Shown here: positions 24,673 to 39,265 of the stretch, in pieces
Position numbering within the stretch: position 1 is the stretch's first letter
Layout of the letters: each line of letters begins with the position of its first letter
DNA from: Camelus dromedarius
Lineage: Eukaryota
Direction of reading: 5' to 3'
Assembly (NCBI RefSeq): GCF_036321535.1
Contig: NC_087437.1
Coordinates: 44,890,001-44,954,000, forward strand
DNA length: 64,000 nt
Program-made: the position numbers and the translations under genes
Notes under the pieces: generated by a model
Seen by the model: the letters and a program-made list of their open reading frames with translations, nothing else
Database searches by the model: none
What the model was told of the DNA's origin: nothing

Positions 24673-26763
24673 CCAGTAAGGCATATACTCAGTGTTGTTA
24701 ATATGGGATTAATTCCTCCACTATCTGTCTCTAGGCTTGGCAAGATAATGAAATGAGATAATGAAATGGGTGTAAAGCACTCTGAAAAGAATGGGGCTTT
24801 ATATAAAGATAAGGGAAGGTTGCCTTGGTGTGGCTGAATACAAGTGACGTCCAGAATGGGCAGCAAGTGCGTGCAGTAGGGCTCCTCTCTTCTCGCTGCA
24901 TGACAAGGTATATACAAATCTCCCTCCTGCTTATGGAGCTGCAGATAAAGCTGATTGAGTTGAAGCATTCTACCATGGCCCAGGTGCCTCAGAAGCCCCA
25001 ATATTTGTTGCCAGGTTCTTTTTGAAAGACATAACAAGGTGGCTGGATTATATTCCAGTTGTTCGAGCTGCCAAATGACTCTTAAAGAAAACTAAAACAA
25101 AACAACTTTCTCCAGCAGCATTCAGAGAAGCCACCTTTTCTCTCCCTCCCCATTCTTTTATTTTAATCTTTTGCAAGATAAGATTTCCAGATTCTGAAAG
25201 TGTAAACAAAACCTGTCTTGGAGTTTCTAGTCTTCAGTGCAAATTGGAAAAAGAGACCCTAATGCTTCTTAATCTTCTTTAAATATCCCTTTTACAAATA
25301 ATTTATTTCCAAATATTGGTGTTCCTTGAATAATTTGGAGAGGGTAGAGTGGAATAGAAATAGGGTCCATATCAACCTACCGCAGATAATGCTTTTTTCC
25401 TGGAGTACAGCATAGTTAAGAGTAGGCAGTTTCCCAGGATTTTTGTGATCATATGCTGGAAATAAAACTCTGCAAATGTACCTTAGGCATTTGGGGAGAA
25501 GTGGTTGCTACATTCGGGAGGGAAAAACATCTCAAAAAAAAAAAAGGGGGGGATATCAAAGGTGTTTCCATTTCTAAGAAGTGCATTTCCCCAATCATGT
25601 AGAAGAGGACCAAATTAAATTGTACTTTCATCATGACATAAACAGTGCAAACAACTGGGAAATATAACTTTTAAATATCAAATAGAATCTGACCCTTGTT
25701 GAATATGTAGATTTGAATATTTAACATCACATTTTCCTTGTACGTTATTTCTTTTATGTGTAACACACTGTCTCAAGTTAGTGTACTAATTTCCCCTGTG
25801 TTGTTTCACGAGATAATGTTTTCATTCACTAACAACATTTCATAGTGCATTAATAACATCAACACAGCCACATTTCCCTGTGTGCCAGCTTCAGGGTTTT
25901 AAGAGATGTAGGGACATTTGTTAAGCCCAGGTAAATATTAAATATCACTTGAGAGAGCAGGGGAGAGTAAAAATGGCATTTGCGGCCAGCCCCAAGTTCC
26001 TTTGAGATGAATAAAAATGCAGACGACATGTTCAGTCTATTAGGCAGTTGCTAGTTCAGCTGCACTGCATATGTTGGTTTTCAAACATAGTTTTGAGTGC
26101 AGTGTTGGGGGCATATGCATGTGTGAGAATTCCAGATGTGAGTTTGGGGGATGCCATTGAAAAGTTTATACTTTTTAAATTTAATTTAAACATTGATCTG
26201 CAAGATGCAGAAATGGTATTAATTTTCATAAATTTTGGAAACATAATTAGGAATAAAGTAAAGCATTAAGAAAATAGTACCTAAGATTTTAAAGGATTTT
26301 TAAAATTAAATTTATGTCTTCGGTGAAATAAATTGATCATTCAAACTATCTGGAATTTTACTTAGTCCAATAACCAGCTATTGATTTTCAGCTGTTCCTC
26401 GTGATTGTTTTATCACATGACATTCTGAACTATTTGATAAAAAATTGCTTCAAAGTTTAAATATTACAACTCCTTCAGCTAGGAGAGTTTTCTTAATATT
26501 TTAGGCCCCCAAAAGAAAGAAAATGTTATCTTTTCCTATGCTTTTCTGAGACATGAAAAAGATAATGAGGATTTTTTTAATAGAAAAATATATATAAAAT
26601 TAAAAAGAGGCTTAAATGAAAGAGATTTTATAAAAATATATTTTTCCCTCTGGGTTTTTTTCCATTCTGGGTAAGAGTATAAGTGTGTATGAGATAATGA
26701 AAAACACACACACACAAACCGTTAGTACTAAATGCTAGCATTTTTTCCCTCTCTCTCTTTCAG

Positions 26764-26857
26764 CTCCTGGGAGAAGTGATTTTGCAAATTGCCGACGGAC
26801 CGATTCTGCCCTTTAATGCTCTCGATATAGCTTTAGAAGTTCAAAACAGCCTTAAAG
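26764..26857 (+). CDS. NAALADL2: NAALADL2 internal coding exon (probably exon 12), 94 nt, phase 0 to 1: LLGEVILQIADGPILPFNALDIALEVQNSLK(G)
   Basis: Strong acceptor (ttttttccctctctctctttcag, AG at 26762-26763) and donor AAG|gtaatt at 26858. The peptide matches my recollection of human NAALADL2 (GEVILQIANEPVLPFNALDIALEVQNNLKG), and it joins the next exon in frame. Confidence 0.95.
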
Positions 26858-28477
26858 GTAATTTTTCTTTGAGTTATAGTAATTTTAGCAAATGAAAAAT
26901 TGCTCAACTAATTTGCAACAGAGCACGGATAAAGTCACCCACTGTCTCACCGGTTGTGGTGATGTAGCACCTCGCTTCCTACGGAGGATAATCGTGGGAA
27001 GGGCTTAGAAGAATGTTGGCTGCCATGTCAACAAGGATGAGCTGTACCTAATATTCAGTCAGTGTAAGCAAGACTGGCCCAGACCTTTCTCCTTCGATAC
27101 TGGTTTCCGTGAGGTATGGGCCCCATTCCATCTGAGTGAAGTGTTGGCTCACCCTAGGTTGAGGATGACAAGGAAGAAATAGGGAAATTACTTCCATAGT
27201 CTCTATTTCAGTTCCTTTGTTGTTGAATATACATCTTTCTACAGAATTCAAACACCACCCTAATAATTACTTTTATTTTCCCTTCATCTAATCTTTCAGT
27301 TAAACTTCTAGTTTGCCTTTGTTCACCAAATACAAAGGGCAGTATTGTAATTACAGAAGGCATCCTCCTCCTCCTCTTGGAGTCATACACTTCCTATCAG
27401 GTTATTTGTAGACACATACTTCTCAATATAAAAGCCAACGTTTTAACTATAGTACTGAAGCAATAATTCTTGGAAAATGGATTATTCTAAAGAGCCAAGT
27501 AGTTCTAGTATCTGAAAGTTTCATACTTTTTTTTTTAAATTTTGACTACCTGGGTTGGCTCTAATTCAGAGATGACTACTACACTACTACGTATTTTTCC
27601 CCCTCAATGATTCTTACGACTTTTATTTTAGTGACTGTAAAACCCATGACCTTGGGAGCAATTGAGCTGTTAAGGGCTGTTTGCTCCAATCCTATAAGGC
27701 CTCGTACTACTCTGCTTTTGGTATACTTAAGCTCATCTCTACTTTCTCTACTTTTCGTCAAGCTTCTTTTATATTGTTGTTAGTGTGACTACGTGTAGCA
27801 GTCACTCTGTCTTCCACTGAAAATTTTCTGTTTCTAGAATATTTCTTAGAAACTGAGTAACCAAGTATAAATACTTCATAAAATAAAAATAGATATAAGT
27901 AAAGGGTTAAAAGCTTCTGTGAATAATAAATATATTTTTTCAAGGATTTTTTAAAGCATTTATTTTGTTCTGTAGACTATTTTGTTTTTGTCATCATTTT
28001 CATACTTTAAAAAATTCAGCTGATGCTGCATATTATACTTAGAACTTTCAGAGAACAAAAGGAGGAGACTGTTATTTATATTACATAAAGCATCGTCTAT
28101 CTATAAAGAATAATTCACATGCATAGAAAGGAGCCTCAAGGAGTATACTGTGAAATAGTAACACTGTACAATAGAATTATAAGTGATTCACAAGTTGCTT
28201 TTCTGAGTCCAAATCTATGATAAATGTTTAATACCTTTATGATAAAGACATGAAGAGTTTTTTTTAATCAAATAAAGCCAGTAAAACCAAAGCAATAGCA
28301 ATAGTGTCATCTTAAGTTCCAAAGCGCATTTTTTCAAACAGTTGGATTTATTTTTAGAAGTCCCGAAATAAACACAATCGTTTAGCATTATCATTCCTAT
28401 ATGAGCATTTTAAGTAATATAGGCTACTTCTGAAGGTCGAAAAAAGTCCCAGTGGGTCACCATTAGAATTATATTGT

Positions 28478-28607
28478 TACTCTGTTTTTTGGGGGTAGTT
28501 AGGGATCCCTTTGAAAATCTAAAGTATGGTCTCTCTCCTCAGAGAATTACATGTGTACAGAAAGTTTGTACGTACTCTTCATGGACTTTACAGGATCTCC
28601 TGAACCC
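28478..28607. mobile_element. Possible hAT-Charlie-type MITE remnant
   Basis: gatccctttgaaaatct...ctctcctcagaga... resembles old Charlie-derived MITEs; subfamily not determined. Confidence 0.4.
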
Positions 28608-28724
28608 ATTTATTAATTCATTTAACAAATATTTACTGAGCACCCACTGTATGCCTGGTACAATTCTATGACCAAAAATGAAGAAAGAAAACAAAAAACA
28701 AAACAAAACAAAAAACCCAGCCAG

Positions 28725-28775
<51 letters not shown>

Positions 28776-30480
28776 AACAAAATAAAAACCTCTGCACATA
28801 AGAAACATACATACATGGTAGAACAAAATTGCCATAAGTCAAAGTAATTTTTAAATTAGCTTTCTGCTCAAATTCTTCCCTACTATCAATCACGTTAGAA
28901 TAAATTTGCATTCTGAAGATAAGTTTTAAAAAGCAGAACTGACTATGGTTGTATCCAGGGTACAGAGGAGAGATTTGGTCTGGGAATATAAATTTGGGAG
29001 TTGTCCCAGGTGAGATTTCTAAAGGATTTAGTGCAAAGAGAGGACAGAAAAGGTTTAAGATTTCTGGACATGCGTACATTTAGAAATTGGGAAAAGAAGG
29101 GGAATCAGAGGAGGAGACTAAGAAGGAGTAGAGAAAGAATAAGAGACAAACAAAATGACTTTGATATCCTGAACTAAGTGAATATAAGCTTTCAAAGAGG
29201 AGGGAGTGACCTGCTCTGTCAAATACTGCCACAGATTAAGAGAAATGAGGACTGAAATTGACTATTGGATTTAGACATTTGGTGGTCATTGGTGATCTCA
29301 ACAAAAACAATTTTAGTAGAGTAGTATGAGAAATAGCCTGGTTCGAGGGGTTCGAAAGAGAGTGGGAAGTGATACATTGGGGACAGGCAATGGCAGATGA
29401 AAAGCATGGAACTGAGAAGGGTTAGCATGTTTTTATTTTGATGAGAATGATCTGATGGAGACTGAAGATGTGATTAAAGAGAGTGAAAGGAGGATTGCTG
29501 GACTGATTTTCTTGAATAGAAGCAGCATAACGGTGGAAGGACATTGCCTTAGTCATGAATGCAGTAGTCCATCCTTAAAAGTGTGAAGGAAGGCAGCGAG
29601 CATGGCACGTGGGTAAATGTGGTGCTGGGAGCTCTTGGCAAGTCCCTTCAGATTTGGAAAAACAATAAAATAGTTGTTTGGGGGGGGGGTGGTAGAGCGA
29701 ATGAACCATGACAATGGGATTGGTATTTTGAGTGGCATTAAGAACTCAGAAGAAATATACTTTAACTGAGATAATTCAACAGAATTGTGTATTTTTTCCA
29801 GCCTTCAGCTAGGGACTCAGGCATAGAACTTGGCAGAGTTGGATTTAATCAGAGCTAGGGCTTTGCTAGGAGATGGACAACCAACTAGATAAGCTCGATA
29901 AGCTCAGGTAAAGAAGAATGACGGTGTCTGTAAAGGAGCACTCACAGTGATGGACCAAAGTATGTAAACTGGGTCTGGGTTAAAGTGAGACTAGGAAGGG
30001 AATGACAGGGAGTACAAAGGAAGGAGGGTCAACCAACTTTATTTCTTGGCAAGATCAAAGAATTGAGGAAAAGTAAGCCGAAAAGACTAATCTGCTGATG
30101 GCCAGTGAATGGGACTGTCGAAAATGTGGTCATATAAAGAGTGCAGGTATTGGTAACGACAGTGTCCAGGCTAGGGTATGACCACGTAAGTGTGGGAGCT
30201 GATCATGGTGGAAAAGAGGCTAAGGAAAGAGAGGCCAGGCTATGTCTCCAAGAGATCGATCTTGCCAAGAAATGACAGGAGTAATTCTTGTAAGAGAGAG
30301 TGACTGAGCCAGGAGCTAAAGTCTTCTGAGAATGAGCAGCGACTTGGAGATGCCTGTTGTTCTTGTACAGCTGGTGGTACAAAGGGCGTGGGAGGAAAAA
30401 GAGCCACTGCCCGAGAGGACTGCAGTGGAAGCAGCGTGACTAGGGGAGAGCCAGGTTTCAGTTCAGGCAAGAGGGGAAAT
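28608..30480 (-). mobile_element. L2 LINE, long fragment with interruptions
   Basis: Tail ttcatttaacaaatatttactgagcaccc and the L2 hallmark gactattggatttagacatttggtggtcattggtgatctcaacaa. Confidence 0.85.
28725..28774 (+). repeat. (TAAA)n microsatellite
   Basis: About 12 tandem TAAA units. Confidence 0.95.
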
Positions 30481-33400
30481 AAAGATTCTGAGACTAGACC
30501 AGGTTAATAATCCTTTGTTTAATAGTTATATCTAAGAGAATGTCAGAACAGGGGAAAAAACAAAACAAAACAAAATTGCAGTCGTTCTATAATGATTTCC
30601 ACTGCAGGGCCAGACATGACCATGTTTAGATGAATCTCTCCCTAAAATCCGAGGTTTCAGTTGGATGACTCAGAAGCAGATTGGCTTTTTGCTGTTTGAT
30701 CAGACCACTGCTTCTTTGGTTGTTGGCTATTTTTGAGTTTTGTTTCATGTGAAACTCCTTGGATCTCCCTGTCACTTTCACTCAGAAAGATGTGGCCAGA
30801 ATTGGGATGTACCCATACTAAAAAAACGAAGCACAGTCAAACAAAATGTAACCCAAAAAAGGCAAAAATTATTCTTTTACCATGATCTGGCTATAAATAT
30901 TTGATCAAAGTAATATGATTTGTCAATTTAAACTATATATTTTCATATTTAGTTATGATTCAAAATTACTTGCATTATCTGTATCATAGTAAAAGGTTAT
31001 AGAAATGTTTGCTAAATTATAGTCAATTTGATGTACCTGTTCTGTTTTTTTAAGTTGAAGTATTATTGTTTTACCTGTTCTATTTTGACTACTTTGGTTA
31101 CAACCTTATTTTTAAAATTGAATACTTTAATGTGCTTATGTGTGAATACTGAACACTACTTATCAACAACTACATAAATATTTCTGTTTCCATTTTAGCT
31201 ACAATGCTAGATGTTTTCATTAGCTAACACAGTTCCTGCACTGTGTTAAGTGAAATATATAATTTTAGTGCTTAATACAAGCTTTGATTGTTGATGTATT
31301 TTCTTATTTTGTTATGATAGTTAGTGGTGATTAGTTCTCAATTACAGTAAAAAAAAAAAAATGACCTTCAAGGCTGAACTATCAAATACTGTTTCTCCTT
31401 ATTGCAAAGAGTTTAAGTGTGAAGGTCTCTGAAACCCAATTGCATTTTCCAGTGTAATTTTTACCCTTTGACAGCCAGCCATCTTGTTTATTTATTACAC
31501 TAGTTTATAGTAGCAGCAGACCGTTCTCTACCATTCTCACAACCACCAGAAAGAAGGATAATTTACCAGTGAATAATTTGTTTGAGTTGATTTATTGGAT
31601 GGTTCTTGAAAGCTCATTTTGACTGAGTGACCTTGGCTCTTACTATTTGGTCAATGCCAAACACATAATAGTTAGAGAATGAATATTTATACTTGGTGCA
31701 TGGGGATATTATATAAATAGTGACTGATAAGATAACTGAGATACTTCAGATGTACTTGTGACAAATAAAATTCTGTCCAAAAAATGTACATTATAAGGCA
31801 ATGGTACTAGTTTATGGGGGCAAAGGAAGATGTCAGTCGTAAATAAAGTACCACCACGCCCTTGAACCTGGCAGCTGACTGAAGAGTGACCACATAAGTA
31901 AGAGTGATCTTACTAAGTTTACAGTTTCTCACTTTATCCACCTTTCAATGCATAAAACAGCACTTCAAAATAATTAACAACTGTATAGTTCTGATGCTTT
32001 TGGTTTAATGTCTGCTATTTTTCTTTGCCAGACTTCTGGATGTTAATTATTTAGCTTAATTGTAAAAACTACAAATTACCAAAGTAAAAGTCATTTTCAT
32101 TTGATCTGGCTATGTACACATTTATTTAGTGCCAGCCAGACTCAGCAGGAAATGTAATGGATTGTGAACTGTGTGGCTGGTTGCCACCTCCTGATTGTCT
32201 CACTAAATGTAAAATGGTCATTGGCAGCATTTCCTCCCTCTTCTTCGAAAAGCTGACAATGATTTGATCTGACTTTATTCTTTTTTTTTTTTTATTAGCT
32301 TTGATAATTCATTAGCGTCAATCAGTTCATTTCAGAAGGAGGGATCGTATTTCAAGGTGTTGATGCCACTGAGGCAGGCGCTCTGTGCTGTTAGATTTAT
32401 AGTTGCATACTTCCAAGTGTCACTTTACTTCTTTTGTACAATCACAAGTGATTGGGACTCAGTTAATGCCTTTTTTTTTCCTTTCTGAGTAACATAAGAT
32501 GAATTTCCCAATTGGCAAAATTAAGTGTGTGCTTTGTAAGTTGAGTGAGTCCAGTCCTCAGCCCATCCGTCTCCAGTCTTGATTTTAATTACCACCAGTT
32601 CTAACTCTGGACTGGCCTAAAGGTAGTAGAGTTGGGTGCCCTGGGTACCCAGTCCTGTGCCCTTCCTAAGAAATCTAGAGCAGTCCATCTAAAATCCAAA
32701 ACAACCCCAAGGAAAGATTTTGTTCCTGTGTGAATTCTGAATCATGCTAGAATCATGGTCTGAACTGTCATTTCTGGAACGGTCCTTTCTGTGCGACAAG
32801 GACTTAAAAACATTTTCTGGAAAGTATTTTACCTTGCTTGCCCAAACTGATGGAGAAATTTGATGAGAGATTAGCCATTCACTGAGTACAAATTCTTAAA
32901 AATATGTTTCGCTTCACTTCCCCATTATATTTTTGTGTGGATTCTGACTACATAACTATATGGAAGACTGTACTTCATTTATTGATATTCTGCACCTCAT
33001 CCAGAAAAAGGATTTGAGACAGCTGGGTCTCCAGCAAATCTGTCTCTCTAATGTCAATTTGTCTCCTAAAACTAGTTTTTCTTTCTCCTATTTCCCTTTG
33101 AACCCGTATTTTTATTGTATAATGTTCCTTACTTACTATCCTAAGCATGTTGTCCATTTTGTGTTCCTTGGAATTATACTTTCTTCTCTTTTGTTTACCC
33201 TGTCTCACAATTTGCTGCTATTCATACAGGTTTCATCATTGTCTTCCCCTGCTCTGAGTCCTTCATCCAAACCTGCTTAAAGTTTTCTTTTCAGTGTCTA
33301 CATTTCACACATCATTACATTGATTGAAATACATTAATGACTTCTCATCATTTTCCCCAGTCTCTCATCATACTAATGGTCTATTGCATTGTGAACTTTT

Positions 33401-35119
33401 TTTCCCTAAGTGTATTCTTAGGATTAAATCTTATGCCCATGGCAAGATAGTACTACAATCCATTGTGCTCTGAGTGTTGCCTCACTGACAGCACTTACAA
33501 AGTTGTTTTAAAAGATACTTTGAATCTTGGCTTGTAACAGAGCATAAAGTACCCTTGCCCTCATGTTGATTAATTTTATTCAAGCCTTTTCCTTTCTAGC
33601 TTCTTAGTTTAGCCAAAACATAATTAAACTCACATGTCTTATTAAATATAAAACTCCAACTTTCTGCCTCAGGAGGAGAGTGATAAAAAATAAACCAAAC
33701 ATTAATTTCATTCATTCAAAAAAGCTTTGCTCACTCTTCCAAAGCAGCCAATAACCAGATCATGTAGTTGCAAACATAATACAGCAGCAGCATCTGTGAA
33801 CCATAAAAAGAGCCTCTGGTTCAATTTCTGCACCAGGCAGACAGTCACTGTAGGGAGAAACCACTCTATGCAGTATATTCAAAGTCTTGCTAGATTTCCA
33901 TCTGTCTTGGCTACCTGGATCATTGGGTAATACTTAGAATGCAAAATAATCTTTAGAACGCATTGCCTATTTTTTTTTAAAGTGGCCAACCTGATCCTTC
34001 CAAACATGCCACTTTGGCATCTTTGCAAAAAGGATTTCTATTATATTCAGTTTAGACCTAATTATCCACTGTCTTCTGGCATATTACACTTCTAAAATAA
34101 TATTCTTTTATTTATGCATTATAAAATCAATGATAGATTATTTGAGTATCAACAGTGCACTACCTCCCACACTTCTTTCTTTACCTGCATTTTTGTTTGT
34201 TTAACTTCTTTAAATAACCAGCTGGGATGACTCATTGTGATTCATACTAAAGAAGGCAGCATGAAGAATAGGAAACGTAGGATAATAGAGGACTGTTGCT
34301 TCCCCTGGCTGAAATCGTATTGGCAATTTCTTTTCTTCTCTTTAGTGATGCCACAAGATATTTTTAAGATGACATTAAGTAACATACATTTCCCCCCCAA
34401 ATAATCTTCTATTCTACTTTTAACCACTGAGTTATGCGGAACATAAATCATACTTTTTCTTGTCACTATAAATCAGTGTGAAGTCTCAGCTGTGATTGTA
34501 TAATTGTTAGCACCTTTAAAACTGTGATAAGCTCATCCATAGAAGAGATTCTGTGAAATACTATTTAAAGTAAAAGGATAAGTTTGTTTGATATAAAAAT
34601 GTAGTTTTAGAGTATGACCAGTACCATTTCACTCTTAATTTAAAATGAAACTGAGTGGACCTTTAAAAATATGGCCACAAAACAGAACCAACAAATAGAA
34701 ATAAACTAAAATTTAAAGCTTTTTGGAGAATGAAACTCTGAAGAGAGACCACAATAGTAGGTAGTAAAATCATTATTTAAAATAAGACAGTTATAAATTT
34801 GTATGAGACTGTAGAACAGATATAATACACATGGGTTTATGCCAAGCTGAAATGCATCAAGATGTGACGTGCCTTCACATCTTCATGGGTCCCAGATGCT
34901 GGCAGGTTAGAATGTGTGTAGATTCAGAAGGATGCAGTGGGCACAGTAGTTACTGGTCTTAACTGGAAGCCTTAGAGGCGTGGTGGCTAGGACGTGTATG
35001 AAATAGCTTTGAGCTCCTGACCTACTGCTAGAAAAGTGTTTTAGGATCTTGTATCAAGGGTCTTCAGGAAGATTAACGCACCTGGGACACACCTTGTCAC
35101 TTTGTGTCTGGGTCATTCC

Positions 35120-35345
35120 CCAAAGCCCCAGGTAATGTGCTAAGTGCCTGACATTCATTATGACATTTAACCTTACTCTAGCCCCGCGAGCAGAGCTGAG
35201 TATTGTTAAGACCTATTTAGAGACTGAAAAATGGCCTCAGAGGGGGTTTGTGTCTTACTTGGGTGTCTACATTTAAGTGGTAGGTTTAGGGCTTGAACAT
35301 AGATGTGTTAGATTCCAACGTCTCTGCCCTTCCCGTTACACCACC
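35120..35345 (-). mobile_element. MIR SINE
   Basis: ccaggtaatgtgctaagtgc...gactgaaaaatggcctcagagggg...ggtttagggcttgaac. Confidence 0.7.
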
Positions 35346-37159
35346 CTGCCTCCTGAGCTGCCTTGAGGGGAGCATACAGCAAGGTGCTGGTTGGCTGGAG
35401 GGCAGGAGACCCCCTCAGTCGTGGGGATATGTTTCCTGTGGTACATTTTTGAGCCTCTCCTGAGTTGGCTTGCCTAGATCTCAACATCCATATTGATCTC
35501 CAAGGTAGTTCCTTCTTTCTTCCCTCCTCCCTCACCTCCCTCCTCCCTCTTCCTCTTCAGTTAGTACTAATGCTGCTTATAATATCCAGCTCTCTCCTTT
35601 CTATAGAGCGCTAGAAAAATGGAAGGGTTTAAGCTAGAGGTGGATCCATCTTCTCCAAGGGAGAGGACCGAGGGAAGGAAAGGGAAGACTAATCAATATT
35701 GTTGTTTACGATGGAACATCCGACCTCAACTGCTGTAATGTAGGGACAGTCCCAGAACTTTTAAGTGTTCTGTTTGCAATGGCCTTGATTTATGATTAGT
35801 CTCTCAAGTTCTTCCCTGGGATCTACTTAGAATATTCATATACACAATGAGCTCTCCCGTCACCCTCATAAGTGTTTATTTCATTTGATACTTATTTATT
35901 CTGTCTTTGATTATTTATAACTAGAGCAGGAGTTATTAAGGTTAGAAGTTTAATCTATAAGGCTTACATAGCAACACACAAAATAATATTGGTCTCAATA
36001 AGACCTTACTGAAAATACATTTGTATTTTACTTTGAGGTGGAGGAAAAATGCAAACTGTTTGAAATTTTGAAGCGCATTTCAATTGTCTCTTGAATTTTA
36101 CCAAGATAATTCACTAGGCAGTCTCACTTACTTTGTATTATATTAAGATTGATATTCAATATGTGTCACAAATCAGGATGTTCTCCCATGCTGCAAACCC
36201 TTATTAGTGGTTGGCTTCTCACCAGGAGCAAAGATAGAAAGGGATCTTTTAAAAGTTTTGTTGTTTAATTCTTTTTCCCTTCACGTTATCCCTTTCCTGG
36301 TCCTTCAGAGGTGTGAGGTGCCAGCCCATGGAAAGGAAAACTGGCTGCAGATTCATAGGTACTGCAAAATAAAATAGAAATTCCTCATTAAATTGTAGAT
36401 GGGGAGAAGTGTGATACAGTTGCTCAGAGGGAGGCATGCATTGGAGGAAGTGATAAAAAATTACATCTTTGGAAATAAAATCATTAGTAAAGCTGTTACA
36501 GTATTTTTTGCATACCTTTAAAAATGAGTTGACAGTCATTTGTGTTTAGTTTGCATACTCTGATAATAGTAACTTGCATTTATATAGTGATATAAATACT
36601 TAGAAAGAAAAATGACCATTTTTCCCAAGGAAGCTGAGAAATTGTAGTTATTAGGTAATCTGTTCATGTCCATATTGATTGTAATTAAGTAAACCAGGCT
36701 CTTACGTTTTTTGATACCAAGTCCTTAGTCTTCAGATTCCACGTACTACATAGAACTTCAAGATAATTGTGTTTACCTTCTTTGAGAGAAATCTCTAGCT
36801 CCCAGTTCATTTCCTTTGGCCAAATGGACTTACTAATTAAACTTAAACTGCTAAGAGTTTCAGTTAGATCTCTGTTCTCTGACATTCACTGTGCCTTAAA
36901 TGAAGTTTTATATATTCTTAGTTTCGGGGATTATTGATAGGCTGTATTTTAATCCAGTTTAGTTTAATTTACCATTACGCTAAAATAGCTTTTCTTTTTT
37001 TTCCTTTTCCTTTGCAACTATTACCTTTATCAAGAAAGTACCGGAAATAATATCTGTTGATACTCATTATGCACAAAATATCTCCCTGGGTGATTTTGTA
37101 GGCATAATTTAATATAATAATGTATCTTAAATAAGACATCTTATAATTCCACATATAGT

Positions 37160-37460
37160 CAATAAGATTTTTAGTAAATGACTACCTATATCAGGTATTA
37201 TGCTAGGAGCTGGAGGTGCAGAGAGTGATAAAACATATTTGCTGATCTTGTGGGGTTCTTTTCAGTCAAGGAAAGGAGAGAGACCAGGCAGATGAGGATA
37301 AAGATACTACAGATGCCATGATGCTACGATCAAAGTACATAATTCACATATTCATTCTTTAAATGATTTGCCAGGCATCATTTTAGGTGTTGGAGAGATG
37401 GCAATGGAAGAGACAGACAAAAATCTCTTCCCTCACAAAGCTGCCATTCTAGTAGTTACC
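37160..37460 (-). mobile_element. Two adjacent L2 3' ends
   Basis: The motif (t/c)caggtattatgctaggagctggag / ccaggcatcattttaggtgttggag occurs twice. Confidence 0.65.
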
Positions 37461-38559
37461 CTAAGGATCACAAGTCATTTGAGGTCACAGGAATAACTAC
37501 TGGGAATCTTTGGGACATGAGTTTGATACCAGTATAATTGCGTGAACATTGGAAATAAAGCTGCTTTTCAATTTGTAACCTCATATCCTTGAAGTAATGC
37601 ATAGGTTATGCTGTGGTGGTGATTTCCACTATTAGGGTCCTTTCTGGAACCAGCCAGTTCCCAAGGCTGTCAGTTTTCTCCATCCACACTGCCATGAAAG
37701 CTGAATTCATTTACAGCTAAATAAGGTAGAATGGTACAGTTTGTCTCACTTGATTCAGTAGTAGTGTCTTCAATTCTGCAGTGTGTGTTAGATCAGAACA
37801 GATGCTTCTTTCTTTAATGGACGACTCTTAAGATGTCAAACTTGTTCTTTTCTGTTTCTTCCATGTTTCAATTCCAGTGTCATCCAAATGTGCCTTATCT
37901 ATCTTATTCTTTCCTTGTCCAAAGACAATTTCTGTAAGTTCCCCACATATTAACTTTGGTGAACGATAGTTTAAGATAAACCGTATCTTTATAAAATGTC
38001 ATCATTACTATTGTTGTTGATGTTGCTGTTACTTAGGGGCTAAATTTTCTCAATGAGCAGAAGTCTCTCCTCTTGCATCCTCAAATTTTGCTGTGAAATC
38101 AAACAAGATTACTAATGAATGAATGTGGAACACACTTTGAAAACATCAAAATGCCAAAACCTTGTGACCTTCTACAGTTGATTTTATTCACAGTTAATTT
38201 CAGTGAACAGAGCATTACACAGCAGGCTGTCTCCCTGTCGTCCTCATAAAAACCATTTATCTCTGTCTGTAGTTTTCATTTGTAATTGGATATTTTTCTG
38301 AAATACTGTATTGAATCTCCTTTGCTTAGTCAGTAAACAATTACTGAATGTTAGAACTATGCTGGGCGCTAAAGAAACTGACATGTAAAATCATCCCCAT
38401 CAAATGAAGGTGAGAGAAAATAAAGATCACTATATTAGAGGTTGGTAATTTTATGACAGATATATTTTATACCTCAGCTATCATTCTAATCTAGTTTTCT
38501 TTTCTTTTCTTTAAAACGTATCATCTCTCTATAGTGCCCCTTAAACTTTAAGATGTATA

Positions 38560-38690
38560 GAACAGTCTGAGTAACATGTTGAAACTGGGATTCCCAGGCC
38601 CTAGAGAAATTCAGCAGTTCTGGGAATCTGCATTTTCACAAAAAGCAAGTGTTTGGGTAGCCAGTACCCTTAGGCCTCACTTGGAGAAAG
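38560..38690. mobile_element. MER5-like MITE
   Basis: gattcccaggccctagaga...ggaatctgcattttcacaaa...cctcacttggagaaa. Confidence 0.55.
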
Positions 38691-39029
38691 AGTCTCTTTG
38701 TGACCTTTCCCTTTTGCCCGAGACTTCCCCAAGTGAAGGTCCCACAAGGTCTCTCTTCATCCCTCCACCTGCTCATCGCAGTGCCGCGCGCTCAGGACTG
38801 CCAGCTTGGGTTCACCAGCCCCGCGTTCATCTCGTTCCCTTGCCTAGAAGTCATCTTCTGCAGTGAACGGCTGACCTTGCAGGAGTCAGTTGTACTTAGT
38901 CTCCTGAGAATGACACCCCTGACTCTTGCTTCCCCTTGACTGACTGATGGGGATATCTGGAGTAAGATGATGGGGGAATGTTCCTCCCATGGCATAATAA
39001 GAGAATCCTTTTTAAACAAGATACTAAGT

Positions 39030-39265
39030 TTTAAACACCAGCTAAGAACTGCCTACCTGTAGTGGGAGTACATTATAAGTGTTAATCACTTAACCCTCCT
39101 TAACAGATCCATAAAGCACGTGCTGTTATGATGTTCACTTCACAGATGAAGACACTGAGGCTCAGTAACTTGCCCAACATCACGCAGGTTGTAGAGCAGG
39201 GATTTGAACTCAGGTGGTCTGGCAGCAGGCTCTGATGGCTGTCACCGCTCTACAGTACTGCCTTC
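39030..39265 (-). mobile_element. MIR SINE
   Basis: acagatgaagacactgaggctcagtaacttgcccaacatcacgcag...gggatttgaactcagg. Confidence 0.88.

Noticed and set aside
27786..27806. Short palindrome gtgact...agtcac
   Set aside because: The stem is too short to exceed chance; not miRNA-like.
28539..29079. Hydrophobic FIYL-repeat ORFs
   Set aside because: They are translations of the (TAAA)n microsatellite.
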